Assembly: GCF_009914755.1 (NCBI RefSeq)
Contig: NC_060944.1
DNA: 64,000 nt
Origin: the human T2T-CHM13v2.0 reference genome, Homo sapiens
Direction: 5' to 3' (one strand)
Below, piece by piece: positions 1 to 17,146 of the stretch (position 1 is its first letter; the number at the start of each line of letters is the position of its first letter). The notes beneath the pieces are model-generated. The model did not search any database, was not told the origin of the DNA, and saw only the letters and a list, made by a program, of their open reading frames with translations. A program made the position numbers and the translations under genes.

Positions 1-1878
<1,878 letters not shown>

Positions 1879-2750
1879 TTATTCCAAATGATTAGTTGTT
1901 TGTTCCACATAGCAAGTAAACCTGCCTTATGAACAAATTCAATTCAAGGTTAAGATTCAGAGACAAATTTTCCAAGGTTTGGCTCATCGTTGTATCTGAC
2001 CTAAGTGGCTGGAAGCTTCCCAGATCTTTCCAGATCTATTTTTATCTCTCCTTCAAATGTGGGTCCAAAGAGTAATTTATTTATTTATAAAGGATGGTTT
2101 CCTGCTACTTCCTCGTTGGCCCTAGTTCCACGTAGAACATTCTATTGTAAGGGGAAGTGTGCAAAAGGAGATGCTGTAGTATTGACTAGTTTATAAATGG
2201 TTAGGGTAGGATACAAACTTAATAAATACTGTGTTTTACTTACTATTTATCACAAAGAATACCTTTAATAAATTGGATCTCATGACATCAGGAAAGAAGG
2301 AAGATTCCCACAATCTGCTGGCTTTAGTAATAAGTTTCTCCCTTAAAAGGTGAACGGGCTTTGACTAAAGTGTAAATAAACAGTGATAAAAAAAATTCCA
2401 CCTAACAAAAATTTTAAAGTTCCTTAAAAAAAGAAACAACAACAAAAAACTCCACTTAACAAAACACAATCTGATTAGTTTCTGAATAAAGTAAATAAAA
2501 CCTGTAACTACAAGGCTCTCGCATTACAACTAAAAATTCTTAGAAATGGACAATACTGGAATTGGTTTGAAACTACCCTGCCACGGCCCTCTTCTGCGAT
2601 TATGGCTGAAAGGGTCTCAGAGCTGAGTTTTCTTCTTGTTGCTCCTTCTAATCCCCAAGGACAGTTAGCAAAATCTCCATCTGGAAGGTCTTCCTGCTAA
2701 CTTAACAGAAACACAGCCAGTCAGTCTTGTCAGTTCTCTTCTGCATTTAC

Positions 2751-2849
2751 CTGAAGGTCAATGTAGCCATCGTCTGTGCTGGAGAGCCTTGAATATTTCA
2801 CTTTACTACTGGGGATTCCAGTAGCCAGGTTGGTACGGGACGGCATCAT
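2751..2849 (-). CDS. TMEM230: TMEM230 coding exon with the start of the short (120-aa) isoform; full exon 2864-2751
   Basis: Reverse complement reads tgtag|CTGTGTCAGCGTGTT ATG ATG CCG TCC CGT...GAC CTT CAG|gtaaat = [33 protein letters not shown] (33 codons), the TMEM230 N-terminus; canonical AG/GT. Later exons lie left of the window. Confidence 0.95.
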
Positions 2850-3449
2850 AACACGCTGACACAGCTACAGTTTAAAAACAAAAAACCCGTTATTGTCTGT
2901 AGATGACAATGGTGCATTATAGCCAATGAGTTCAGGATTATTAGATGCTGTGCACTGGAGTTCTGGGCTGCCATGTCAGACTAGCAATGGGCAATTTACA
3001 CTTCACTGCTAAATTTTCATTGTGTCAGAGGCATATGCATATGGAAAACCAGATATGCCTCTGACACAGTGAAAAGATTCTCACTATGTATTAAATATCT
3101 AGTCTGGTCTGTCCTTGTAGAATGACAGTGAAGACACTCACCAAGAATCACATTCCAGTTTATTTTGCCACCAAGATTCCCTGACTTTTAATTTTTCCAA
3201 AGTCACATAGAGACTAGGTAGAATAATGGGGACTTAAATCTAGGTCCACCTGACACCACAGCATTGCCTGTCCCCTGCTCCCGCTCTTAAGAAAAAGCAA
3301 GAGGAGCATATACTCAAATGATTCTCTTGTTTGACAGGGAGGGAGAAGAGGGCAGAGAATGGAATACACTCACATCAGCATTTTGCCTATTTCCCCTTGA
3401 TAGAGATCAACCTTTTAATGCAAAAGATCTGTAAAGTTTCTTGCCGTAA

Positions 3450-5570
<2,121 letters not shown>

Positions 5571-6149
5571 TAACTGTTTTACGTGGCTTGCAGTCAATGT
5601 AAAATAACTAGCATAATTAAATAATTGGTGCTAAATATTAATATCCGTTTTTATTGATTACATCCTGGTCTAGAAATCAAGTATTTAAAAATTAGCATAA
5701 TGTTAATCTCTATACTTTTCAAAAAAGATTGGATCAAACTGTGTCAAATAGTAGGTTTTTAGTGTTGTGATCCCGGCTGCATTTAATTCTATAAAACAAA
5801 GTTCAAACTACCAGTATGTGTGGTTTTTGAGGGCATTTAACCACATCTAACTTGCAATTAGACTTTTTTTTAAAGTACGTCCCCTGACATTAACTGTTCA
5901 TACATCCGCATCAAAACAATACATCGCAGGGGCGTGAGGGAGAGGGGAGACGAATGTTTACTCTTGGCAAAGAGGATTCTAAAAGACGGGAAAAATAAAA
6001 ACGAGCATTTTCAAAGTATCAGTCTTCGTTGCCAACAGGCTTTTTACCAGCTCACCGCTACCCCCAAACTCCCTCAGCACCTGAATGTTACGAGAGTTCT
6101 AAAAGCATCATAAAACGTTTGGCACACAGTGCCTGGCATTACGCGCCTC

Positions 6150-6930
6150 TACATACGTTATTCTCCTACCCGTCTTCAGACCTTGCCAGGGAGAGAAATA
6201 AGAACCGACGCGAATTTAGACGTAAAACAAACAAAACGGGCTTCTGGAAAGAGGCCAACTGTGCCAGGGGGGACGAATGCCCCACACGGATGACTCGGAG
6301 CTTGATTTCGGCGGGGAGCGCGGTCTCGGACACGCCCAGAGCCCGAGAGGACGGTTCTGTCCCCGCCCTGCCGCACACACGCCTTACCGGAGCGCCGCGC
6401 CAGGCCGCCCGCACACCCAGAGCTCGCCCACGGTTGGCAGCGCCCAAGGTTGCATGGCATGGCCCGCTTAAGTGCCACTCAGCCGGCCCCAGGCGGGATC
6501 AGTGCGCCGGAAGTGGCGTGCCGGAAACAGGCGCGTCGGAAGTTGCGTCTCCGGAAGCGTTTGTCTCTTTACCCAGCTTCCCGGGCTAACCCTTACCGAG
6601 TGTCACCTGCAGGAGGCACCGGGACTCCGGGGCTGCACGGCCCGAATGCTTCTTCGTGGGTTTTGTTTAAGCAGCCGCGACCTGTGCCTGCCGCCGGCTA
6701 CCTCCGCTGTGGCGGGCGAGCACCTAGGGTCCTCACCTACCTGGGTCACAGTCAGGTCCAGGGCAAGCCGGCTACGTGGTTTCTCCCCTCCTCAGTACAG
6801 GGGCCAGGCTAGAGACCGCCGTGGCTTCCCAGGGAGGCAGAAGCCGAGTCCGTCGAGCCTCAGGACCAGCAGTCAGAGCGGCCAGATATCCGCTGCAAGG
6901 CGCCAGCCTTCCATGGGCGCGCGCCGTCAA
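6150..6930. promoter_or_regulatory. CpG-island promoter of TMEM230 with four ETS-type (CCGGAA/TCGGAA) motifs near the TSS
   Basis: High GC and CpG content; GGAA cores at 6509, 6523, 6538, 6553, just upstream of exon 1. Confidence 0.85.
6388..6455 (-). CDS. TMEM230: TMEM230 exon 1 coding part of the long isoform (MQPWALPTVGELWVCGRPGAAL+CG)
   Basis: ATG at 6455, 68 nt to the donor CG|gtaagg at 6388/6387, inside a CpG island; frame is continuous through the Alu exon. Confidence 0.88.
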
Positions 6931-7024
6931 CACCCCACTACCACACTTCCCTTGAATAGCACACTTGTCTGTGCTGTCAGCACCCCACTATACTTCCCTT
7001 GAATAGCCCCACAAACTTGTGCTT
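6931..7024. repeat. Imperfect ~50-bp tandem duplication
   Basis: caccccacta...acttcccttgaatagc...acttgt starts at both 6931 and 6981. Confidence 0.8.
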
Positions 7025-7417
7025 ATCTTTAGGGCTTGTCCAGGTAAAAGGCCTGCCCACAAGGGACATTTTGCGGCAAATGAAGCTTTTTAAAAAGTTA
7101 GGTTTATTGAAGTATTTATACACAAGTACAAATAGATGAGCTCTGAAAATACATACGGTCCTAGAACCATCACCAATCTAGATGGAAATATATCCATCAC
7201 CCCAAAGTTCCATCGGGCTCTTTTGCAGCCTATTTCCTTCTCCACTCACAGGCACACTGTAGGAAAATGAACTTACTACTGGACATGGTTAATTCTCATG
7301 TCCAGTAACTAGAACTCAGTCCAAGTAATTTAAGAAAGAAATCATTTAATCTACCAAACACAAAAATGCACTGGAAAAAAGGATTATGATAAAGCAGTTT
7401 TTAAAAATGTTTTTTCT

Positions 7418-7506
7418 AAAGCCAAATTGAGCAGCAGGGGTTGTATACCTACTTTAGTGATACTAATGTTAGTAAGTTCTGATAACCTACTACTATTAAA
7501 CCAGCC
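7418..7506 (-). pseudogene. Y RNA (RNY4-like) retropseudogene
   Basis: Reverse complement ggctggtttaatagtagtaggttatcagaacttactaacattagtatcactaaagtaggtatacaacccctgctgctcaatttggcttt aligns end to end with recalled hY4 (GGCTGGTCCGATGGTAGTGGGTTATCAGAACTTATTAACATTAGTGTCACTAAAGTTGGTATACAACCCC...). Confidence 0.9.
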
Positions 7507-7511
7507 AATAA

Positions 7512-7685
<174 letters not shown>

Positions 7686-8377
7686 TAGTAGAAATGGGGT
7701 TTCACCATGTTGACCAGGCTGGTCTCGAACTCCTGACTTTAGTTGATCCGCCTACCTCCCAAAGTGCTGGGATTACAGGTGTGAGGCACCGTGCCTGGCA
7801 AAAAATTCTTAATACACAGCACACAGTGAACTTGTAGCTATTAGTGGGAATGTTTTTAAGTCTTTCTTCACAACTTCAGGGCTTTTTCACTTTCTTGGTT
7901 GGATCCAACATCCGTGGAATTTAAGACATCTTCATCCTTTGAGTGAAGTTGCAAAGTGTACTTATACTAGAGAAATTTTGTACAACCATACTCCTTGGGC
8001 CCCATTACAGCTCTACTGAAACATCCAAGACTCTTGTAAGATTCCCCAGGCTAAAAAGAAACACTCCATTAACATCTTATAAAGCCCACACGACTTTGGG
8101 TACATTAAGCTTCTGAAGAGTATTAATTTTTGCCAAGTAAAATGAAATACACAGGATTTGTACTACTCTCTCACTTGTTCCTTGAGCTCAAATTGGAATA
8201 ACAAGTTTGACAAGTGAATCCCCTAAAATATCTAGTAACCTACTGTATTTGAAATCCTTTTGATCTCCATCAGGCTGCTCTAAACTGAAAAACCATTTAA
8301 ACGAAAGGGTAGCTGTAGCTGGGAATTCAGTAGGATACTTCCAACAGTCCTGGTCAAAATGAAGACACTGCCCTGTG

Positions 8378-8705
8378 ATGTTTGAAATTCAAGTAACTTT
8401 ATTTAAATTCAAAAACAATTCTTAAAACTGCATTTAGAGTCAAGACCCTTTTGTATTATAAAAATCACAAGTATTTCTAAGAGACAAAAATACTTCTAGG
8501 TTAACTAGACCAGATCTGACTTTGGACTTTATTCTTTAAACAAATTGCAGAGAATAGAGAAAAAAATAGGTTATTTACAGAAAACAATATCTACATATGT
8601 ACTTAGAGGTACAAATTTGGTGACAGAAAAGACTTCAGTATATGCTGGCATCTTAGAAGCAGTTCTCAAAGAGCTTAGTTTTATTTTCTTGAATTTTAAG
8701 AATGC
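8378..8705 (-). terminator. PCNA: PCNA 3' UTR with AATAAA signals at 8685-8680, 8533-8528 and 8403-8398 (distal site likely the main one; cleavage ~8380)
   Basis: tttatt hexamers on the + strand downstream of the stop codon; cleavage position approximate. Confidence 0.75.
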
Positions 8706-8804
<99 letters not shown>

Positions 8805-8842
8805 TTAATTACTGAGGAGTATGTATCACATATGACTACCTA

Positions 8843-8995
<153 letters not shown>

Positions 8996-10057
8996 CTACA
9001 AAACAAAAGATTCATCATTGAAAAACATCAAGAAAGTTGCAATCTATTAGCTCATTATATATTTATAAAAACCCACAAACACTTGTATTGGTCACTTTGG
9101 AGGGAGCTATGAAAATTTTGAAGACTGATACATAAAGCAAAAGACTCGATTATCTAGCTTGTCTTTCCTATAGCTATAATTTAGATAACCAAATTATATA
9201 ATATGGGAAAGCTTTTCTTTATGGAAGTTTTTCTAATAAGCAGCCAATAAGTGAATAAAACGTATTAATTTCAGCTCTGCAAACTCTAATTAATGACTTA
9301 ATGGATCTAGACAATGACTATTATAGCTGCTAACATTGCAAACACATCCAGACACCCTGTGCCTCCTACTAGAGGCACACACCACCACCTATATTCTTGC
9401 TCTCTCACCCCCGAAACAAAACACCCTGAATATCAAGGCTCCAGGGCTATAGCTACCAGTCTGTAGGACACACAGGGTAGAGGAATTTATGTATACACAG
9501 GAATGCAATCAGCAAAATCCAAACTCTGGAAAACTTAATAAATGATCTAATTTCTTCAACAAATAGATTGTAATGGAAGGGGGAAAATGAAATTAGGGGA
9601 AACCAGGCTAGGTGTGTTGGCACACACCTGTAGTCCCGGCTACTTGGGAAACTGAGGCAGGAGGATCACTTAAGCCCTGGAGTTTGAGGCTGTAGTGAAC
9701 CGACTGCACCACCGCACTCCAGCCTGGGTGGACAGAGCAAGACCCTGTCTCAAAAACAAAGAAAAACAGAAAAAGAAAAAAACGAGGTTGGCAGGAGTGG
9801 AAATGTGATTCAGGAAACAGATAAAGAATCAGCTCCTAGACTTTATTAATTTAAAAAAAAACCTTTCAACTGAATTTTACCTTTATTTAAACTAAATGTT
9901 GACTACCCATTCAAGGGACAAGAGAGCAATATATAGTATTTATTGTAAGCTTATAATATGCCACACACAGCATATGCTAAGCTCTTTAATGCTACCGTAT
10001 TTAATCCTAACAAGGTTATGAGGTTAGGACCTTTGTCCTTGATTTACAAAGTTTTAA

Positions 10058-10294
<237 letters not shown>

Positions 10295-10880
10295 TAAACA
10301 AGGGCTCTCTAGGTACTCTCAAAGTTGCATGGAGTCTGCTTTCTAGCCTTAGTGAGAAGTCTCCTTCCTGTTTAACCTTTGATTCCTACAGCCTGTGACT
10401 TTGGCTAAATTGTCACTTAAGGTTGCTCAGCCTGCTTCTCCACCTTTAAAATGGGCTACCAATTGGACCCACAACATGTAAGCTAATATTAGGATTACAT
10501 AAGTGCTCCAAACAGGTAGACTTTTACTCCTAACCATATCCTTCTATTGAGCTGCTGTCCTATGCTCAATTATTTGGTAAGAGAGTAAGTATCTCCAGAA
10601 AGCTAAAGGTTATACGCCTAACTTCCCAATCCTACCCTTAAGAGCCGGTGTGGACTTGATCCATAAACCACTGTTCTGTGGTATGTACACGTGCTGAATT
10701 TGTATTCCCTTCTTGCAAATATAATTCTAAATTGGATGACACTTATAAATCATTCGCAGATTTCAACAGTATCTCAATTTTCAGAAATTACTTGGGATCC
10801 AATTCTGTCTACTTTTAATTTTAGCAATTAACCTAATAAGCAGTATTATAATTCTCTTCAAACTATTTTCTTTTTACTTA

Positions 10881-11087
<207 letters not shown>

Positions 11088-12011
11088 CTATTAAGAACAA
11101 AAATTTTCCAAAAGTTAATTGTTAGAAATTTAATGATTTGGCACCCTCACTTTCTTAAAAGGCAACACCTAAACAACTCAGAATCAATATTTTCTGATTA
11201 CTTTAAAATATGACTTGCGTAATTTCTTAACAAACTCCACTCAAAAAAATAAATGGCTATTAAATGCACCATCCAGGGAACAAGAGCCTCCTCCTCCTCA
11301 TCCTCCAGGGATAAAGTAAGAGAACATTAGAGTATGGCACAGAAATCATGATGGCGCAAGCAGGCCTAACTACTTTCTAAAAGAAAGCAAGAGAATATAT
11401 TAGGCATTTTCAACATTCAAACATTTCTTCTCTCCTTTGGTGTTTATAAACCTAACCTGGATAAATTTCTTCCAAGTCAGCTTTAAAATCCACTTAATAA
11501 AAAGCAAGCATTCTAGAAGGAAACAAATTTTAAAAGAGGTTCATGGAAGTTAATGCAAATAGACAACTGGCAGTAAACAATAAATTTAACCTGTGAGTTT
11601 TAGACTTGTGGTGAACAACTATCCAAATACTAAAATCTCTCTTTGAAACATGCACCAGTAGATATATTTCTAGAAAAAGTTGTTATGAAGTAGGCTTAAA
11701 TTATATTAACATATCTTGACGGAGGAGGATCACTTGAGGCCAGGAGTTCCAGACCAGCCTGGGCAAGACTGCCCCCACGCCCACACACAAAAATGAAAAA
11801 ATTAGCCAGGTGTGGTGGGACAGGCCCGTAGTCCTTCCTAGCCACTTAGGAGACTAAGGCAAGAGGACTGCTTGAGCCCAGGAATCCCAGGTTAGAGAGA
11901 GCTATATGGCACTACTGCACTCCAGCCTGGGCAACAGAGCCAAGACCCTGTCTGTAAAAATAAACAAACATTCTATGACATAACTATCGTGCCTGTGTAC
12001 AGCACTCTCTA

Positions 12012-12312
<301 letters not shown>

Positions 12313-12764
12313 TTAAAATCAACGCCGTCTGCTGAAGGGCTGTATTTCGAACGCGGTTAGAAGGGGTTACCACTCTCACCCATCAGGCCGTCTCAGAACT
12401 GGTGGAGGGTAAACGGACTGCTGGAGGATGCCATTATTAATGCAGACGTTTTGGGACGCATCTGGCAGTATTTATACTAAAATACCACCAGCAGTGTCCC
12501 TTCTGGATAGAAACAATCTCCTGCCACTAAGTAGGATGACAGGCTGCCACATTTCTCGCAAGGGCATTATAAAGCATTTAAAGTCAACCGCGACTGAGCC
12601 GGGAGGATCGCTTGAGCCCAGAAGTTGGAGACCAGCCCGGGCAACACACCGAGACCGTCTCAGAAACAAGAAAGCCACAGCTAAAGCGTCCATTCAAGGC
12701 CAACAGGATTTAGTGAGCAAAGAGCCCTGGAACAGTGTTCCTGGCACTGCGGAAAAACCCTTGA

Positions 12765-12917
12765 TTTTCCCGCCACCACCCGCTTTGTGACTTTGGCGCG
12801 AAAAAGCAGGTTCGCGCAGCAGCCAGCGCGGGCTTTTCCGAACCGCGCGCTCAGCTGGGCCCCACCCCACTGCGTGGCAGGCCAATGAGAAGGCGCGGAT
12901 GGCCCACGCCAGCCAAT
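12765..12917 (+). promoter_or_regulatory. PCNA intron-1 regulatory region / antisense promoter: E2F sites and two CCAAT boxes
   Basis: TTTCCCGC 12766-12773; overlapping two-strand E2F site TTTGGCGCGAAA 12792-12803; CCAAT at 12882 and 12913 (31 bp apart). Fits the known intronic promoter of the PCNA antisense RNA. Confidence 0.75.
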
Positions 12918-12999
12918 GAGGGCTAGGCTCGAAAGCGCTCCCGCCAAGCACCGGAGGTGCAGGCGGGCCGGGGCCGGCTTCCCGGGGCCGCGAGGCTCA

Positions 13000-13379
<380 letters not shown>

Positions 13380-13390
<11 letters not shown>

Positions 13391-13730
13391 TCCGCAAGCG
13401 CGCGCTCTCACCCTGCGCCGCGTTGCGACGTCACCACGCTGTCCAGCCCACGGCCTTGCGGGGAAGACTTTAGGGCCAATCGTGTCCATGCTCCCCGCGA
13501 GGCCCGCCCCCTAGAGCATACATTGGAGGAAGCGGGCGCAGGGCGGGGCAGCGTCGCGCAGGTCTCCCCGCCTCTTTGACTCCTGAACCCGGCCGCAGAA
13601 CAAGTCCGGGCATATGTGGAGATCGGGTCCCGGTCCCGGCTCGTCAAGCCCCAGCTTTATGGTGGCTCCTCAGCCTCCCACTACGTGGGTAGAAAGTTTC
13701 CAGCCACGAAAGTGAAAGTGAAATGCAAAT
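13380..13730 (-). promoter_or_regulatory. PCNA: PCNA proximal promoter (TSS ~13381): ATF/CRE TGACGTCG 13433-13426, CCAAT, GC boxes, p53 response element 13598-13617
   Basis: GAACAAGTCC GGGCATATGT is one perfect plus one degenerate RRRCWWGYYY half-site; offsets of the CRE (-45 to -52) and p53 site (-217 to -236) agree with a TSS near 13381. Confidence 0.85.
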
Positions 13731-14218
13731 CAAGCCTACCGGGAGGAAAAGCCTCCTTGCAGCCTGAAGAGAGTACAGCTGCTGCAAATATGCACTTTAT
13801 TTTTCAATTACAGAATTGATGCGCTCGTAGGTGTCACAAGATAAAGAGGTGAATTGTTCTGTTAAACTTAGCTCCCTATCATCCTCTTAACATTCCCCCG
13901 CCAGCTCTTATAATCACTCAATCGTTCATTGTATAAAGCTTTTAAAGCTTTTTTAAAAGTTCGAATACACTTTTTTTTTTTCAAAAATGCACTCATTCCG
14001 TAAACACTTGGAAAAGTACTTAATAAAGTACATTTAATTTTATGCCACGTACATCTTTTATCATATCAGTACCTCTTTAAAACATAGCATCACATGTATA
14101 TAACATAATTTATCAATCTCCTGTTGTTTAACTACAAACACCTTTGAGCACTTAGGCAATTTTGGTGATATCAACTCCTTGAAGTAATACAGCTGAGTCA
14201 AAGAGCGTACACATTTAA

Positions 14219-14464
<246 letters not shown>

Positions 14465-14838
14465 TGAACACCTGACCTGAGGTGATCCACCTGCCTCGGC
14501 CTCTCAAAGTGCTGGGATTACAGGCGTGAGCCACCACGCCCAGCCAGAAATTTTCAATTGTTACAGGATGGACAGGATTTGTTGTTTCTCTCTTGCTTTC
14601 TTCACACCACTTCTCTTTAGTTACTTTTAATACCTTGGTCAGCAGAATTCTTTAGTTTTTCTACCATGTATCTAGGTATGGAGTTAGTTTTATTTGTCTT
14701 GTTGAGGGAACTGAAGATTCATTTCAAGTCTGACATATTCTCAATCATTATGGCTTCAAATATCTCCTCTCCTTAGTCTATTCTTTATCTCTGGAATGCC
14801 TTTCTTTCCTTTTTTTTTTTTTTTTTTTTTCCTAGTTC

Positions 14839-14961
14839 AGCTGTGACTCCATACAAGGTTCTAAGATGAGTTTCACAGTCTCTTCCCTGGATTTTGTGGA
14901 GACTTAACTTTACCCTTCTGTATCAGCCTCTTAAAGCACTGGGTCAGCCTTAAAAGGGAAC
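14839..14961 (-). ncRNA. SNORA26-like H/ACA snoRNA retrocopy with poly(A) tail (T run 14810-14830)
   Basis: Reverse complement gttcccttttaaggctgacccagtgctttaagaggctgatacagaagggtaaagttaagtctccac...tggagtcACAgct: 123 nt, two-hairpin layout, ACA 3 nt from the end; matches recalled SNORA26. Confidence 0.82.
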
Positions 14962-14971
14962 AGGAAAGGGC

Positions 14972-16380
14972 ATTTCTATTATAAGATGCCTTCAATTGTA
15001 ATATGTACCATTATTTTATGTAGCACAAGCAAGAAAACTGTCAAACTTTTTTTTTTATTATTTTCTAGAGAGGGGAGTCTCCCTTTGACACCCAGGCTGG
15101 AGTGCAGTGGCAAGATGACTACTCACTGCCACCTCCAACTTCTAGGCTCGAGAGATCCTCTTGCCACCTCCCAAATAGCTGGGACTACAGGGGTGCACCA
15201 CTGTACCTGGCTAATTTTTAAATGTTTTTGTAGAGAGAAGGTCCCACTATGTCGCTCTGGCTGGTCTCCAACTCCTGGGCTCAAGCAATCTTCCCAATCG
15301 GTCTCCCAAAGTGTGAGATTACAGGCATGAGCCACTGTGCCCAGCCTCAAACTGTTACACAATGCTTTATCACTTAGAATTTCTTTTTTTTTTTCTTTTT
15401 CTTTTTCTTTTTTTTTTTTCTGAGACAGAGTCTCACTCTATCACCCAGGCTGGAGTGCAGTGGTGTGATCTTGGCTAACCGCAATCTCCGCCTCCTGGGT
15501 TCAAGCAATTCTCATGCCTCAGCCTCCTGAATAGCTAGGATTACAGGCATGCGCCATCACACCTGGCTAATTTTTGTATTTTTAGTAGAGACGGGGTTTT
15601 GCCATGTTGGCCAGGTTGGTCTTGAACTCCTGACCTCATGTGATCTGCCTGCCTTGGCCTCCCAAAGTGCTGGGATTACAGGCATGAGCCACCGCGCCCG
15701 GGTCTATTTTGTTTTAAAAGAACTTTTAGACTTTAAAAACATTCTTATTATATATTACTCTTGTGCAAACATGAAAAAATTTAAGCTACATTGGTTAAGG
15801 CATTCCTACTGTTTCTCCACTCAGTTAGTTGCTGATTCTGCTGTTTTTCTGTATAATATCCTACTCTGTGTTGTCAAGGGTATTGATGATGCAGTATTTT
15901 TCAATAGTGCTATTCTATTGTCTCTGGAATTTCTTGCAAGCCTCTGCTACTCATTTGTAAGTTTTGATGTTGGCACTTTCTTGCTTTATGTGTGATGGAC
16001 TACCCATTTGCATACATCTCAATATCAAAACATAATACAGCATCATCTGTTTGTGGTTCTTTTCCTTTCTTGGGTCCGTTAAAATCTCAGTTCCTTTGCA
16101 AAATGTGGAATGTGTTCCTTCCTCCAGTGAGGAACATTTGCTTCACTAAAAACAAATGCATATGCTCCACTACTCTGTTTCAGTTCTGTCTGCTTACATA
16201 ATAACATTTTGGTTTAATGCCAAATTACATGTAATAGATTTGAAGACATTTTAAATGACAAACTCTATCCATGGGGGATCCACCATGTACATCAATCTGT
16301 TTATTTCTGCTCTATTACAGAAGTGATGTCCTCCTAAAAGTGTCAAATGATAAAGAGGTGTACAGTTACGTAAATTTTAT
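14972..16380 (-). mobile_element. TcMar-Tc2/pogo-like DNA transposon fossil (Kanga/MER104-like), interrupted by two Alus (15048-15347, 15380-15702)
   Basis: Minus-strand 16083-15979 translates FNGPKKGKEPQTDDAVLCFDIEMYANG*SITHKAR, with SEANVPHWRKE upstream, resembling pogo/POGK N-terminal domains; MER104-like terminus near 14975. Confidence 0.6.
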
Positions 16381-16806
16381 GTTAAACTGAAATGAGGACA
16401 TAAACATGCCTATGACTGTGGTCAGAGAAGGCCTCTCTGAGGAGGTAGCATCTTATCAGAGAAGACAGCTGCTTGGAGAGTTGGAAAAAAGCATTCTAGG
16501 CTGAGAGAATAGCATGATTATAAAGGTCAGCATACTTGGAATATATTCAGACAAGTTTGATGTAGAACTCAGACTGATGTGTCTGAAGCAAGAGTGGTGC
16601 AAGGTGAGGTTGCAGAGAGGCTGGGGTGAGCTCTTGCAGGACTTTGTAGGCTCTCTAAAAGTGCAAGGGAATGTGGTCAACAGCAGATCTTTGATGTGAT
16701 CCAATTTACATTTTAAGTGGCTACTCTAACATCTAGTAAAGGTACTATTGGATCAGTGGGAGAAAGAATGAAGTAAATTTTGATCAGATAATTGGTTAAA
16801 CTATTA

Positions 16807-17146
<340 letters not shown>

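Noticed and set aside
6029-7002. Long plus-strand ORFs (186, 120, 176 aa) over the TMEM230 promoter
   Set aside because: GC-rich CpG-island frames with few stops, non-ATG starts and low-complexity R/P/A/G composition; no recognisable domain.
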